NCBI GenBank assembly: GCA_964016885.1
Contig: OZ024741.1
Location: forward strand, 381,176,001 to 381,240,000
Source of the DNA: Eledone cirrhosa
Taxonomy: Eukaryota
Length of the DNA: 64,000 nt
Direction: 5' to 3'
In this document: positions 38,241 through 52,179 of the stretch, piece after piece
Position numbering within the stretch: position 1 is the stretch's first letter
Layout of the letters: each line of letters starts with the position of its first letter
Made by a program: the position numbers and the translations under genes
The notes under the pieces: generated by a model
The model's database searches: none
Told to the model about the DNA's origin: nothing
What the model saw: the letters and a program-made list of their open reading frames with translations, nothing else

Positions 38241-39849
38241 ATTGCTAGCACCTTGGCCAAAATCTTAAACTCTGTATCAAGCAGAGTTATGGGCCTGAAA
38301 TTATCTATGTTATCCCCCTTGTTCGGATCTTTTCTCAGCAGCTCCACCGCTCCTCGGCTCACAGAGCTGCGAATTCTCCCGTTCTGTTGCCAGTTGCAGT
38401 AGACGTCCGCCAAGAGGCCTCCGAACTAGTCTGGCATCTGTACGCAAAGTTCATAGAGCAGACCATCCAAATCAGTCATTGCTGTTGTTATCCGCTTTTC
38501 GCAACACCCCGCCTCAGTGGCCGAGAGCCGCGGCAGTCCGTCGAGGTAGACACTAAAGTCCATCCCTCGATCCGGCCCGCCGCTGCCCCGAACAGCTGAG
38601 CGAATTGTCGCTGAAAAGTTTCACACATTTGCCCGGGATCGAGTAGTATGCGCCCGTCGTGGTACACCAAAGACCGGATCGTGGCTTTGTTGCCACGACG
38701 CGCCTCCGCCAATCGGGCCCATTGAACGGCTTTCGTCCCCTCGTGTCTGAGAGCACGCACCCTAGCTCTGACAACACAGCCTTCGTGCTTTGCATTGAAG
38801 AATTGGTCAAGGGCCAATTTTGCCGCAAGTACGTCGGTCGCGATGTCTTTGCTAAGCGCCTCGTCTAATTTTCTAACTAATTCTCCCTCTGCTCTATTTT
38901 TCTCTATTGCTAAAGCCTTACTAAACCTAATGGACTCTATTCTAATTGCTCTTTTCAGAGCAAACCACCACTTGTTGTTGACGATGGCCCTCGTCAACGC
39001 CCGCTTAACTAGTTCGCTAATCCGGTCTCTGTAGGCCTTGCGCGCTGGTAAGGACGCGTTTAGCTTCCAGTAGCCGGGTCCTCGTCTATGAAGCCTATCT
39101 AAGTGAAGCACACAGATCACGAATTTGTGGTCCGTGTAGCTAACTATCTTGAATTGTGGACAGCCTATGCTAGACCTATCTATTTCTCTACAAACTACAC
39201 TATCTAGATATGATCTGGATGACCCTATGCGATTTGTCCAAGTCCACATTGGCACATCGGGAAATCCAATCGGTACCTGTCAGACAGTTCAAAACGCCTG
39301 AGCAGGTTGGTGAGGCTCTTGCACCCTCCTCCCATATCCGCTAATCCCACACAGTCCCAGCGTGCATCTAAGATCCCGTTCCAGTCGCCCACTAACACTA
39401 AAGTGCGGGACGTTCCAAGAAAGGTCTCCAGACGCCGGAAGAAATCAGGCCGCCCTGCTCCTGCCGGGGCTAGGACGGCCACTAGCCTGAAAGCTTGCCC
39501 GTCTCCGCTGGTCACGTCTAGCACCACCAACTTACCTTCTGGGTCCAGGAAGATGGCCCGTATGGCGAGATCCAAACCTCTCCGAAAAAGCACAGCAACT
39601 CCTCCCCCCGATACGGGACGGCTGGGAGATGCGTACACATCGTAGCCACCGAAGATCGGTGCGTAGGCCCGTGCTTCGGAGATTCTGGTCTCGCTGATGG
39701 CCACTACATCTATGTTTAGTGACCTGAGGTCGTTGAGCAGGTGGCCCTGCTTCCATGACGACCCCAAGCCACGCGCATTTACGCTGCCTATTCTGAGAGA
39801 GGTCATGTTGAAATGGAGTGGAAAAGATGGGAAATACCACTTCTCGTAG

Positions 39850-41805
39850 AGGAAGGATAGTTTGTCCATCTTTTTCACTGCTTGTGGCCTCCTCCGGAAG
39901 GATGTCCTTATAAATCCTCCTGGAGAGTGTTTGTCGGAGTCTCCGATGTATTTGGGGAATTTTTGTTTTAGTGTCGTGTACGTTTTCTGTGTGATGCGAG
40001 TGATTTGTATGTGTGGAGGTGGTGTGAACTTTTGGGTTGTTGTATAGTCTTTTTCTGTGATGCTGGTGTTGTGTTGGATGTAGTGTAATAATTGGTTGTT
40101 GTTCAAATGTAATGCTGTGTAGTGTGTATCGTTTTGGTTGTTTTGTTTTGTCTGCGTTTGTTGTGGGTTTGTTTCTGTTACGCTTTTTGGTGACTTTTGT
40201 GGTGTTGGTGATGGTGGTGTTGGGGTTAATGATGGTGATGGTGTTGGTGTATGTGGTGATAGAGTTGGTGATTCTGGTGTGTATGGTGGCATATCTGTCC
40301 TAACTTTTTTGTTTGTTAATTTATTTGTTTCTCTCTGTATTTTGTTTTTGGAGGGGGAAGGAAGAGAATTTTCTTTTTTGGTTTCTTTTTTTTTTTCCTG
40401 ATACCGTTTCCCACTCCTCGTCGTCACAATCTGTCTCCAGTTGCGATAAGCCAGGGAGTTGAAAATCCTCCACAGGCGTTGCTTTTGGTTGTGGCGTGGT
40501 GGATGGTGTAGGCACTGGTGCTAGTTCTGGCGCGTTGGGTGGTGGTGGTGTTGGTTTTGCTACTGTTTGTGGGGTTGTTGCTGTTACAGTTGCTTCTCTT
40601 GTTGCTGCTATAGTTGTTGCCGCCATTTCTGCTGCTGGTGGTGTTGATGGTTGAGTCACTGGTGTGGGTAAGAGAGGTGGCCTCAACCTCTTAGCCTGAG
40701 GGCAGAAATCCCTCAGGTGGGTTCCTTCACCACAAACGACACACCTAGGTCTTCTGCCCTCGATGATTACGGTGAGGTGGCTGCCGTCGGTGAGGTCTAT
40801 TACCTCTGGGATCTCCTCAATGCTTTTATGGTCCGCTTGGATCAGGAGCTCCATCCCAGATCCGGACCAGTTCTCCTGCTTTTCTTTTGCTATTTCTATT
40901 ATTTTGGTGTTGGCCTCGATGCCGGCGAGGACGGCCGCCATTAGCCAGGGAATTTCGATGGCCGGTGGAACGTGGGTCACCCTGATCTTCACAAGTCTCT
41001 GGCCACAATAGCTTGGGACGAGTGTGAAGTCGTCACTTCTTAATGGGGCCATGGAGTGTTCTCTGGCCTCCTGTGGTGTTTCAAAGAACACGTACACGGT
41101 TTCATACTTCTACCCACGTCTGATGTGGGTCTTTTTTGCCGACACATGTCCCAAAGCTTTTTGGATTTGGGACTCGGATGCCCGTTCCACTCGGCGCGAT
41201 TTTATGTTTATTGTCCGATAAGACACGGTGCATAGCAGACGTTGCTCCATTTTATTAGGTGGGGGTGAGGCTGACCCTGTACCCATCTTTCTTTACCATT
41301 TCTTTGGCTTCTTCTAATTCTTCCTGAGTTACCTGGATCGCTTCGCACTATTTTGCTACTCTGGCAAAACTCAGGGTAGTTTTCTTAATTTCATTGTTGC
41401 TGTTGTTGTTATCGTTATTTTTGCTATTGTTAATTTTAGTTTCAGTTGTGGTGGTGGTGGCGTCAGTGGTGTTCGGTGTGGAAGAGTTCATTTTGGTTGA
41501 ATTCATTTCGATATCAGGAGTTAATTTATTTTTTCTTTTGTTTCTGTTGTCGCTGTGGTGGTGGTGGGGGTGGTGGTTGTCGCGGTGGTGGGGGTGGGGG
41601 TGGTTGTTGTCGCGGTGGTGGTGGTGGTGGCGGCTTTAACACCAGCAATCATTGGTAATGGCGGGAAATGAACGTGTGCCTGAGACAAATTTAAAATATT
41701 CGTACTGCTTACATTTCCAGTGTTGGCAAACGTATCAATATTTACAATGGTGGTGTCGGTGTGAGGTGTTAGAGTGTGAGGAAGGAGTGACTCTGAGACA
41801 TCCAT
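39850..41805 (-). pseudogene. Tx1 ORF1 (gag-like nucleic-acid-binding protein), frameshifted
   Basis: Pieces 41521-41805, 40321-41097 and 39850-40427; CX2CX4HX4C knuckle, RRM-like segment, low-complexity linkers. Confidence 0.8.
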
Positions 41806-42020
41806 GATTTTTCAAAGAAACATTTTTGTTTGATAATTATAAAAAGTTTAAATTTTGGGCTGAAGGCCCCAATATTTTTGAGTGTTCTTTTCAGATAACA
41901 ATGTATGTGCACTTATATACAGTTAACAATAAAAATTTTCCATAAATGGCAATTCTAAATAACTGAAAATAACAAACCTTTGCGGAGTTCACGATGATAC
42001 GATTTACTACGTAGGTCGCC

Positions 42021-42079
<59 letters not shown>

Positions 42080-42092
42080 GAAGAAGAAGAAG
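42021..42092. repeat. (AAT)n(AAG)n microsatellite at the right edge of the LINE nest
   Basis: Direct reading; other (AAT)n tracts at 15198, 16549, 21457, 21870, 27928, 31890, 33660-33689 and 35316. Confidence 0.97.
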
Positions 42093-44191
42093 ACACCAAC
42101 TCGGTGGTTGGCTGCGACAGAATGTGAACAGAACTGGTGCTTTTCTCGTGATCTAGACGTAAACTCCATACGGTATACACTAGTCACTCCAAGTTTTTAC
42201 ACGCAGTTATTATTTCCTGAACGTATGTTACCAAGAAAAACAAAATGCTTATAAATTGATATATAAGATGTTTTGGTAAATGCTCTTATAATATCATTTG
42301 TGTAGTATTTCAAGTCATTCCTTGTCGTTCTGCTATTCTGTTTGTCAGAATTATGTGAATATGATGGAGTGATAGTCAATAAAGACACAGACGTACATTG
42401 TTGCATCGTGCCAAGAAACTAATTGCTTCATATGCACTTATAACCTTTTATTACAACTGCCACTTCCTGTTAACGTAGTTTGTATAAATTTGTCGGAAGT
42501 TATGCTGGTTGTCGGCTAAGGCATTGACTTATTATTACGTTGTGTTTTGTCCAAAATTCGTGATGTTTTCAATTCCTAATTACTGCCAATATAAATAACC
42601 AATAGCGCAAATCGTGTTCGATATACGGAGAAAATTACATTCATTACAATATATATTTGTTGATAAACACAAACTATCAGCTTAGTAGCATACTGAAACG
42701 TTAGTTATAAGATGTAAGACAAGCAAATCGTGTTTTAATGTGTTTTATAATACAAATTATATCATAAAATACTTAAATCCAGAGAAAAATGAAATCATAA
42801 CAATCCTCACTTTACTGCTACTACACAACTTCGAAGTATCATTCACTAAATTATATAAGTACATTTAACCTGAGATGATCTGCTTCTCACAAATTGCTTC
42901 CTCGCTTCCAAAACTGATTCATTGTATTATATTTTTCTATCAATTTCTTCAGACAAAATAAACATTATTCGCTGAATATACTGCACATAGACTTCGTTTT
43001 ATCAAATTACCATATATTCAATAACACTTTACACTGATCCCACCAACGATGTAGAAATAAAATGAAATAGAATATATTTCTATATAAGTGAGAAGCAGAC
43101 TCAGAATCTAACATTTATTTAATTTATCTGCATTTATCACACCTCAGCTATTCACCTTTTAAATTGAAGGATGGTTCAAGATAAAATTAAAAGTACGATT
43201 TAGAACATCAGCGTTGATAGGAATGGTGGTGGTGTCGGTGGTGATGGTGGTAATCATATTGATATATTTGTCATAGGTTTTACACTTTAACATTTCAAAA
43301 TGTATTTGTTCTTGTGAGAGAATTGCAACGTATCGATAGAAAAAGAAGAGATAAAAGTTGGTGCATTGTCACGATTGGTGGAATGTTGGAGGAAATGTTT
43401 GCAGTATTTGGTTACATCTTACAATCTAATGAGAAAGTTCACTATGTTGAAGTCTGGTTTCTATCTCTCTGCGGTAGCTAACGTAAGTCGCTTGTCAGGT
43501 ACTGATTCGCGGTATAATTTACAGTTTCCACCCATACATCAGAGATATCTATATAAATACTATTAATGTAGAGTAAACGTATATATTCATTTTGTTAATT
43601 TTTCCTGCACTAAAATATCCTTCATACGGCAATTGCTTAAAAACAAAACTTTCAACCAGCTATGAATATTTTTTGTGAGAGGTGTAACAGATCTGTATAT
43701 GTCTAGTTCAAGCTTATGATTTTTGACAGACAAATTCCCAACGTCAGACATTTAAGTATTCATAAAATGTTTCTGTTATCGGAATTCCAATCTCTTAACA
43801 CGTAGTAAACTTTCAACTATATTAAAACTTTTCATGTGAACATTATTAGAAACAATTTGATTAACTTGATTTTTTTTTTATATTATTCAGTTTCTGACTC
43901 TTTTCCGGAGAATGCTATCTAATAATAATCATTGTCCATTAGGCTCGTGGTAAGGTTCCTTTTTATATGTGTGCGTTTTCGTTTCCAAATTGCACTCGAT
44001 TTCTCTATGCTTCTACTTCCTCGAATATTCCACGCGATTGCATTCTATAATGATTATTCATAGAAATACTAACTGAAGCACACTGATAGCATGTGCAAGG
44101 ATAAATCGTGAATAAGTGCACATCAGTATGTTCGATAAACATATATTCAGTATCACTGTGAAACTATACCGTTTTTGTTAAACCACAATTC

Positions 44192-44192
<1 letters not shown>

Positions 44193-44277
<85 letters not shown>
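44193..44277. repeat. (TATC)n microsatellite
   Basis: About 21 tetramer units. Confidence 0.97.
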
Positions 44278-45113
44278 AATCTGCCACAGTTCTCTTGTTC
44301 CCTCTCTTCGACTCACACTCGGGCTAGTTTTCCTTCTCTGTAGGATGAATCCAAGGGCGGCTCGACTATTTTCGGCGGCCTAATGCCGTCACATAAGAAT
44401 GTTGATCGGTTGTTCTGCTACCGTAAGAGGAAGCGCCTTAGAGTTAGTGATAAAACAACTTGAATATCAGACTCACATAACATTCAGTTGCAGAATAATA
44501 CACTTCGCTGGTGGCACATGCAAATAATATTAAAACAAAAATAATTGGTAGTAAGACAGCATATGTATGGATAAATTATGAATCATTTCACACGCATATG
44601 TTTGATATACCTATATAGGATAATCATATATTCATAAATGGTTCTGAACTCATTTCTCCCTCATTTGGTTTAACCAGATTCTAATATTCTCGGGTTAATG
44701 AAAGGGAGAGATCCATGGGGGGATCATTGCGATTTAACTGCAGAGTATATTTACACAGAGGGCTAAATGTAGGTTTATATATGAATATATTTACAGTTTA
44801 TCAAGTGATAAATTGCTATATGATCGTCGAAGATACATCGAAAGGAATGAACCCTTTTGCCCACTCAATTTCTGTCACATAGGCACAATAAAGCTAATAT
44901 AAATGAATATATTCTTATTTATTGAATAAACGCTTACATCACTATATATATACACAGACACATGCCTACACAGATATCACCGTTGACATGGGAACGTTTT
45001 ACTTTTGAGTGCATACGGATGTCTACCACTTTAAGTAATGCTTTTCAAGCATAGTAAGCAACTGATATTTCCATACATCGGGACATATAATTTTGATCCT
45101 GTGACTTTCATGG

Positions 45114-45157
<44 letters not shown>

Positions 45158-45339
45158 TAGTAACACAACAGTTAGTTCACCTTGTCAATTTCTAATCCTC
45201 CCAGAGCATATAAAATGAAAATCAATAATAATCACTACGATTCAATACATTAACACATTATTCAATTGATTTACATATGTTCCATTTAAATTAAAAACCT
45301 ACCTTAACAAAGCTACATTAATATTATCTATGTTACATT

Positions 45340-48030
45340 TAATTAAAAGCTATATTAATAAAGACACCTTAACTAAAATCAATAGGTTGGGTGAAAACAT
45401 TGTGAAACAACTAAGTTTGGAAAATATGCAGAACCTTATATAAGTAAAAACCCTAAATTTAACCTTAAAATTATATAAAAGATTTGCACTTAACCCATCA
45501 ACTAGAATGATTTGCCCTTCAATTTCAGATATAGTAAGAATAAGTAAGAATATATTACATATAATTATACCCGATATGAAACAAAATAATCACAATTTCC
45601 TTATGCGGTAATTCTAAAGAGGTTATTGAGTGTTTCATTAATTTAGATAACAAGAGTAAAGTAACATTTTACACTTTGATATTGATAATTACTGTTTCTA
45701 CATCATCTACACTCCTTAACGAAGCAATCTCTATGGCTTTAGAATAAACTTATATTAGCAAACTAGAATTAAATATAATTATAGCAGCAAGATGAATAAT
45801 TACAGCATTTAATTAAGGTTTTTGCTGCAAAACATCGTCCAAATATCTTCGGCATTACGGCGGGTTCGAGTGACTCAGCACTAGTAACGGATTTCGTTTC
45901 TCATGAACAAATTAAAAACAAAGTTCCCTTCAATGAGAGGTGGTATATATAGAGACGATGCGCTCTTCACTTTTGAAATTTCAGCAATTCCGTATTAAAG
46001 AAAGTGAAACAAATTATGCTTAACATCATCAAAATATATAACCTAGCGATAAGAATAGAAAATAATATACATTTTGTCAATTTCTTAGATGTTACACTGG
46101 ATTTAAATACCAGTCACTTTAAACCCTAAAATAAACCCAGTGAATTCCTATATCATGATCGTTAGCCCAATCGTAATGCCATTTTATCATAGAAGGCTCA
46201 TTTTCTATAGAATTAGTTGAAATGTGGCAAATGGTAAAAGCACATAACATCTTTAGACTAAAATATCTCTTTTTGTCTGATTTGTATGACTGACTGGGTT
46301 GATTTCAAGAAGCAAAAAGCAGTGATTGAATTCCATGTAACTGAAGGAGAAACCCCTGTTAACATTCACAAGAGACTCAAACATGTTTATAAGGCTTAGA
46401 CTCTAGCAATTTGCGTAGATGGGCCGGTCGTCTGAGTGAAGATGAAGAAGTGGTAACTGCAAGATAGGAGCCAAGCATCCAGTTGGCAGCCCGTTAACTT
46501 CTGTCAACCCTGTCAACAAAGCAAAATCAGACGCTTTAATCAGAGCTGATAGGTGCATAACCCTTGATGAGTTGGCATTAGAGCTTGGAGTAAGTCATAG
46601 CGGCGCTGATAGCATTGTTACCTTACTTAGATTTTCAGAACACTGTGCCCGTTAGGTATCAAGACAACTTGCAATTAAGCACAATACTGAAATTGTTAAT
46701 TGCTGCAACGTGCTTCTTGAATTCAGTCAAAGATAGAACACGGTCTTTAAGAGGCTTATACAGGTGATGAAACTTAGATTCACTATTATGTACCTGAGTC
46801 AAAAAAGCAATCAATGGAATGGCTTCACCCGACGTCTCCGAAAGCCCAAAGGTTGAAAGCGTAAACGTCAGCCGCAAAATCATGGCATCTGTCTTTTGGG
46901 ATATTCAGGGAGTGATTCGTATTCAATTCTTATCAAGAGGAGAAACAATTAACTCTGAAGCGTATATAAGACACTAGAAATTTGACAAGTAAGACCCTTC
47001 TTGGAAATGAATAATGTTCTTCTTCAGCACAGACCTCACAGGAGCATCAGAAGAAAAAAGAAAATGGCTCATTTGGGCGGACAACTCTGCTGTACCATCC
47101 ATACTCGCCTGATTTGGCACCATCAGACTGTCCCATCAAAGAAGCATTAAAAAGCTACCATTATGGAAATGATGAGGAAGGGAAAACTGGTGTCAAGTAT
47201 TGGCTTCATGAGCAGCCAGTAAAGTTTTATGAAGCTGCTATATATATATATATATATATCATTCGAAGGTGGAATGTTGCTGCAGAAAGAGGTGGAGACT
47301 GTACAGCTTCATTTTGATGTATTCTGACTTGTTCTTTATTTTTCTTGCAATAAAACAAAAGCATTACAATTTGACTGGCCCTCGTACGTAAAAATTCAAA
47401 TCATACTAAATCTTTTAAATCTTCGTTAATTATGTATCGGGTAGAATCTCGAGACTTTCGGCCAATAACTATGTGTTTACCCAAAATGCGATATATTATG
47501 ATGAAGCTCTTACTAGATTTGGCTAACGATAAAATATAGTTCAACCTTACATATAAATGAGCTAATAATAGGAGTTTTACACGTAAACGTATATCTAAAC
47601 CTAATTATAATAATGTGAATAAAAATAACGAACTTAACACCAATAGGAATACGAAAATTATAGCAATAATATGAATATTAATATAGAAAATAATAATTTT
47701 GGTAAGAATATCATTAGAAAAACAATTAAAGTTTCGATAAATTAAATAATTGAAAAAGAAATAAGATAAATGTATATGGTTTAATCCTCCGTACGGAGTT
47801 CAGATAGCGTCCCATGTACCGTTAGTATTTTAGAACATGATTTTCCACAATGGCATAAATACTATAATATAATAACCAAACATATTCTTAAATTATCTTT
47901 CTCCAGCACATCTAATTAAACTGAATATTTAGCTACACATAAAATACGAAAAATTAAAATTGTATGAACTAGAATAAAAATATCCCAAGCAAAACCAGCC
48001 CGAAGTTGTCGTTAATGAGAACCATAATAC
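45340..48030 (+). mobile_element. Old, highly decayed Penelope-like element split by a mariner
   Basis: Remnants STRMICP..RISKNIL, GITAGSSDSALVTD, GGIYRDD, VNFLDVTLDLNT, WFNPPY. Confidence 0.8.
46154..47386 (+). mobile_element. Decayed mariner (Tc1/mariner) DNA transposon
   Basis: Transposase remnants TGDET, KIMASVFWD, PYSPDLAPSD; right TIR 47361-47386 and degenerate left TIR 46154-46179 (17/26 match); about 1.23 kb. Confidence 0.9.
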
Positions 48031-48049
48031 TGGTAATATTAGTGTAGAT

Positions 48050-48200
48050 AATAATTGTTTCTACTTATGGCACAAGGCCAGCAATTATCCCAGTGCATTA
48101 CTGGTTCTTTATTTTATCGACTCCGTAAGGATGAAGGGCAAAGTTAACCTCGGCGGGATTTGAACTCAGAACGTAAAGAGACATAACTATGCTGAAAAGC
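48050..48200 (-). mobile_element. 5'-truncated SINE
   Basis: B box, core and tail of the same family. Confidence 0.9.
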
Positions 48201-48315
48201 TAATTGTAAATGTACTATCAATGCTGCATGCCCCCATAAAGAGGATATTGCATTAAAAGTAATATAGTTTTAACTAGTAGAAAACCATCAAATTATATAT
48301 TAGCCACTATACATA

Positions 48316-48427
<112 letters not shown>

Positions 48428-49244
48428 TATATATATATATATATAATTATATATATATAAATAAATATACACGGGTGTGTATGATTGTGTATAGAATATT
48501 ATATTAATAAAAGGAATTCCAACTTTGTCTGATTTACTCGTTTTATTTACAATCCTTTAAAATTTATAATGGTATTAGAATGAAATAGTATGGTAGAATA
48601 TTAAATGTTAAGTGTTAATTGAACAAGTACTTTCATGCTTTCGCAATCGTCATGTTCATATCCTGTGGTGACAGTCAAGTTTTCAATTTTAAACTGGAAT
48701 GAGATGGGTAAATTGTGTGTCTTATATACAGTGAAAAGCGGCTACAGAATGCTAGATTCTGCCAACTGTATTTCGAATAATCGGTGTGTAGTTTCACTAG
48801 AATACTAAAGCCGATTGGTTTAGGCGTCACGGTTGGTTGATCATGTCAAACGACTACTATTTGACCCTATCCAAAGCATCAATTGTTTTGCTATTTTTAG
48901 AATTGATGAAAATAGCATTTTCTAGTAATCATCACCATCAACATCACTTTTATTATTATTATTGTTGTTGTTGTTGTTAGTGGTAGTAGTCGACATGGTC
49001 GTAGTCATAGTAATAGTAGGAGTAATCCCCCATTATTATTGTTCATTTAGCTTGGGTTGGAATTTATCAATAACATTCTTTTCTTTGATTTTTCTCTTGA
49101 TTTCACTTGGGTCGTGTAATTTGTAGAATGGAAATATTATAAATATCTCTGACCACATGTTGCTAGATGGTTACTCAGGGGTATATGACGGACATTTGCG
49201 TCTCTGATTTGCTGTGGGTGCACTGACTTTAGAAAGTGTAATGA

Positions 49245-49890
49245 AACATCTTGGAAGAGATAAATTGACGACTGTTTCATCATCTGGACAGAATTTCTAG
49301 ATACTCTGGATGAGTTCAATATCCTCCTGAATAACCTACACCCATCTCTCCAATTCACAAAAGAGATGAGTAGTACCAAATTACCATTCCTAGATATAAT
49401 GGTAATCAAAAACGACACCACCATTACCACGGATATATATTATAAACACACAGACACCCATCAATATCTGAATTTTAAGTCGTGCCATCCACCTCATACT
49501 AAACGCAACATCCCATACTACCTAGTCAGAATAATTTGTACCATTGTAGAAGATACGAATACCAGGAACAAACGCCTAACAGAACTGAGAGAAATTTTTC
49601 TCAAACAAAAATACCCATCTCTACTTATGGAAAATGGCATACAGAGGGCTATAAAAATACCTATACAACAACTTAGGACAACCGAAGGAAGGAGAAACCA
49701 AGAACTGGTCATACCATTTATAATGACACACAACCCATGTCACCAGAACATCTTCAACACTGCAAAAGCAAACCTACCGATCATTGCTCAAAGTAATGAA
49801 TTAAAAGGCTTAATCACAGACCGATCTTTGACTCTTAGCAAAAGACAGCCGAAAAATTTGAAGCAATTACTAACAAAGAAAAGTTTGACC
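49245..49890 (+). mobile_element. Penelope/Poseidon-type RT fragment
   Basis: WKR.IDDCFIIW, LPFLD, DIYYKHTDTHQYLNFKSCHP..KRNIP, KRQPKNLKQLL. Confidence 0.88.
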
Positions 49891-49899
49891 TTAACATCA

Positions 49900-50605
49900 A
49901 AGACCAAATTTATACGCCGTGAACTACACACGAAATACAGGAAAGCTACTGAACTAACATTAACAATGAAGAACTTAACATTATGAACTAAACCTGTTTG
50001 ATGGAACCGAGCCTCTAACCCTTGTAGCCCTACATTTAACCTAAAATATCACAAAATTAATTTCGAAACAGAGCCCACAATTAGACTAATATGCCCATCG
50101 AAATCAGATATAGGTAGAATTAGCAAGTATATACTATATAGCGTAATAGCGCAGATCAAATACAAACTAGAAATTAAACTATCGGGTAACACTAGCGAAG
50201 CAATCGATTGGTTTAACGGAATAGACAATAAGAAAACTTCCAGCTTCATACAGTGCGACATTAACGACTATTACTCATCCATCTGTCCATTCACCCTAAA
50301 TAAGGCACTCGACTTCGCCCGGAAAAATTCTGACTTAACCTCTGATGAAATTAGAATAATACTAGCTGCTAGGAGGATCATCATTAGATTTGAAATTAAT
50401 TACTAGGAACGAAGGTACAGACAGAATAGCTACGGCATTACAATGGGCTCTAGCAACGCAGCGCAAGTAGCAAACATAGCAGGAATATATATAGCACATG
50501 ACATGCATGAATAATTTAGTAACCTCCAAGGGGAGGGGGGAGGGGTGGGTTATAGAGACAACACGCTTCTTCTGGCTAAAAACACGAACAATCAAACCAT
50601 GGAAA
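49900..50605 (+). mobile_element. Decayed Penelope family B RT fragment
   Basis: IRLICPSKSDIGRISK, FIQCDINDYYSSI, GITMGSSNAAQVA, YRD. Confidence 0.85.
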
Positions 50606-50817
50606 TGGTACAGTCTACTGAATACGAAATAGCGCTATAAGGTCTATAATGATTCCATCTTGAGTACTTATACCTCTCTGAAATATGTATTTAGTATATA
50701 TAAAATATATTAACTGCGGTATAAGTCTCTTTCTCTCTCTATATATACATATATATTTTTCGTTTGATATATATATACATATATTTATATATATATATAT
50801 CTATATCTATATATATA

Positions 50818-50921
<104 letters not shown>

Positions 50922-50932
50922 TATTTATATAT

Positions 50933-51160
50933 ATATATTAATTAGTTAAGCAAAACAAGACCACACATTTCACAAGGAAGACATTATTAAAAGATTGTCA
51001 ACATATTTTAGTTTGATGTAAGGAATGTAAATAATAATAATAATAATAATAATAATATTCTCTACATTCCTTACGTCAAACTAAAATATGTTGACAATCT
51101 TTTAATAATGTCTTCCTTGTGATATTCGTGGTCTTGTTTTGCTTAACTAATTAATATATA
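50933..51160. repeat. Fold-back inverted repeat with ~97-bp arms around an (AAT)n spacer
   Basis: 50933-51029 is the near-perfect reverse complement of 51063-51160; embedded in (TA)n. Confidence 0.92.
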
Positions 51161-51518
51161 TACACATATATATATATATATTAAAAATATCCTTCTTTAG
51201 ATGGGTTAAGAATGAAGAGTGAAATAGTACACTGGATCTCCCTGCTACAAGCCTTAACACACAGGCGGGCAGGCGCAGCAAAATAACACCCAGAAAACAA
51301 TCCTTGCACACCAGACCCAGCCTCAGACAAATCGATACGGCGGGATAAAAAAAAAAAAACAATTATCCGGGAAAGACTGCCCTAACACCGGCCAGAGTTA
51401 CCTCCCTTGACCTGCTGCAAAATCAAAACAAGATATTTTTGCGAGCAATGAATCTTGATGTAGATTTAACCCCCAAAACTCTTTCCGAACTATATAAGGA
51501 GCACTTGTGATTATTTAT

Positions 51519-51557
51519 GCCCTTGAGAATCCCAACTGGGCGAAACGTACGTAGGTG
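51519..51557 (+). ncRNA. Minimal hammerhead motif with U3-A8 core variant
   Basis: CC-UUGAGAA-U CCCA AC UGGG C-GAAA-CGUACG-UA-GG; palindromic loop III, GUA triplet; stem I is weak. Confidence 0.55.
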
Positions 51558-51612
51558 ATATTTTAAATAAACATGTTTTAACGGTCTATTCTCCAATTAT
51601 TTACTTTCCAAC

Positions 51613-51673
<61 letters not shown>

Positions 51674-52179
51674 TATATATATTGTTTCGCTACTCCATAT
51701 AATATTTCTGGATCAAATGATTATATATCATTATTGTTCTGGTTCAGTAGAACATAATTAACAGAGGTAAAGATAGAGCAGCTCATCGCAACTTCAAAAG
51801 GAATATAAATTAAAACAAGGAAAGAATGTTACATAAATGTAATGTTCCATATATTGGTATTTCACTATGGTGTCCTGGGTATATCAATTGTCTGCCATAG
51901 TCGAGCAGTATTATTCTGTCGAGGCTGCATTTTGTGAGATCTGCCTATGGGTAACAAGATGGCCGCCGATGGACATATTTACCTTACTAATTAGAGGGTG
52001 GTTTCAGGGGAAGTATCTCCTCGAGAGATTAGAAATTGTGGGTAGTTTATAGTTAAGTGCTAATTTTTTAATTTTTTAATTTTTTAATTGAGAGACAATC
52101 TAAGGGAGGTAACTTATAATTATCTAAGTTTGTTATAGCTATTTAACTTATTAGCTACAAGTAAAAATGGGGCTAAATG

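Larger units (their letters stand above)
35345..42020 (-). mobile_element. Apparently full-length decayed Tx1-type LINE (ORF1 + ORF2), with a nested CR1-group fragment
   Basis: 5' UTR from 42020; Thr/Pro-rich ORF1 from 41805 with zinc knuckle CVVCGEGTHLRDFC; ORF2 ATG at 39806 with APE, RT and C-terminal Cys motif; (AAT)n both sides. Confidence 0.93.

Noticed and set aside
28578-39255. Many overlapping antisense ORFs in the GC-rich Tx1 copies
   Set aside because: Expected shadow frames in GC-rich decayed coding DNA
51845-51910. Minus-strand CTATGG..CCATAG-T-GAAA hammerhead-like stem
   Set aside because: The upstream core reads CTGCTCG rather than CUGANGA, and stems I and III are unconvincing
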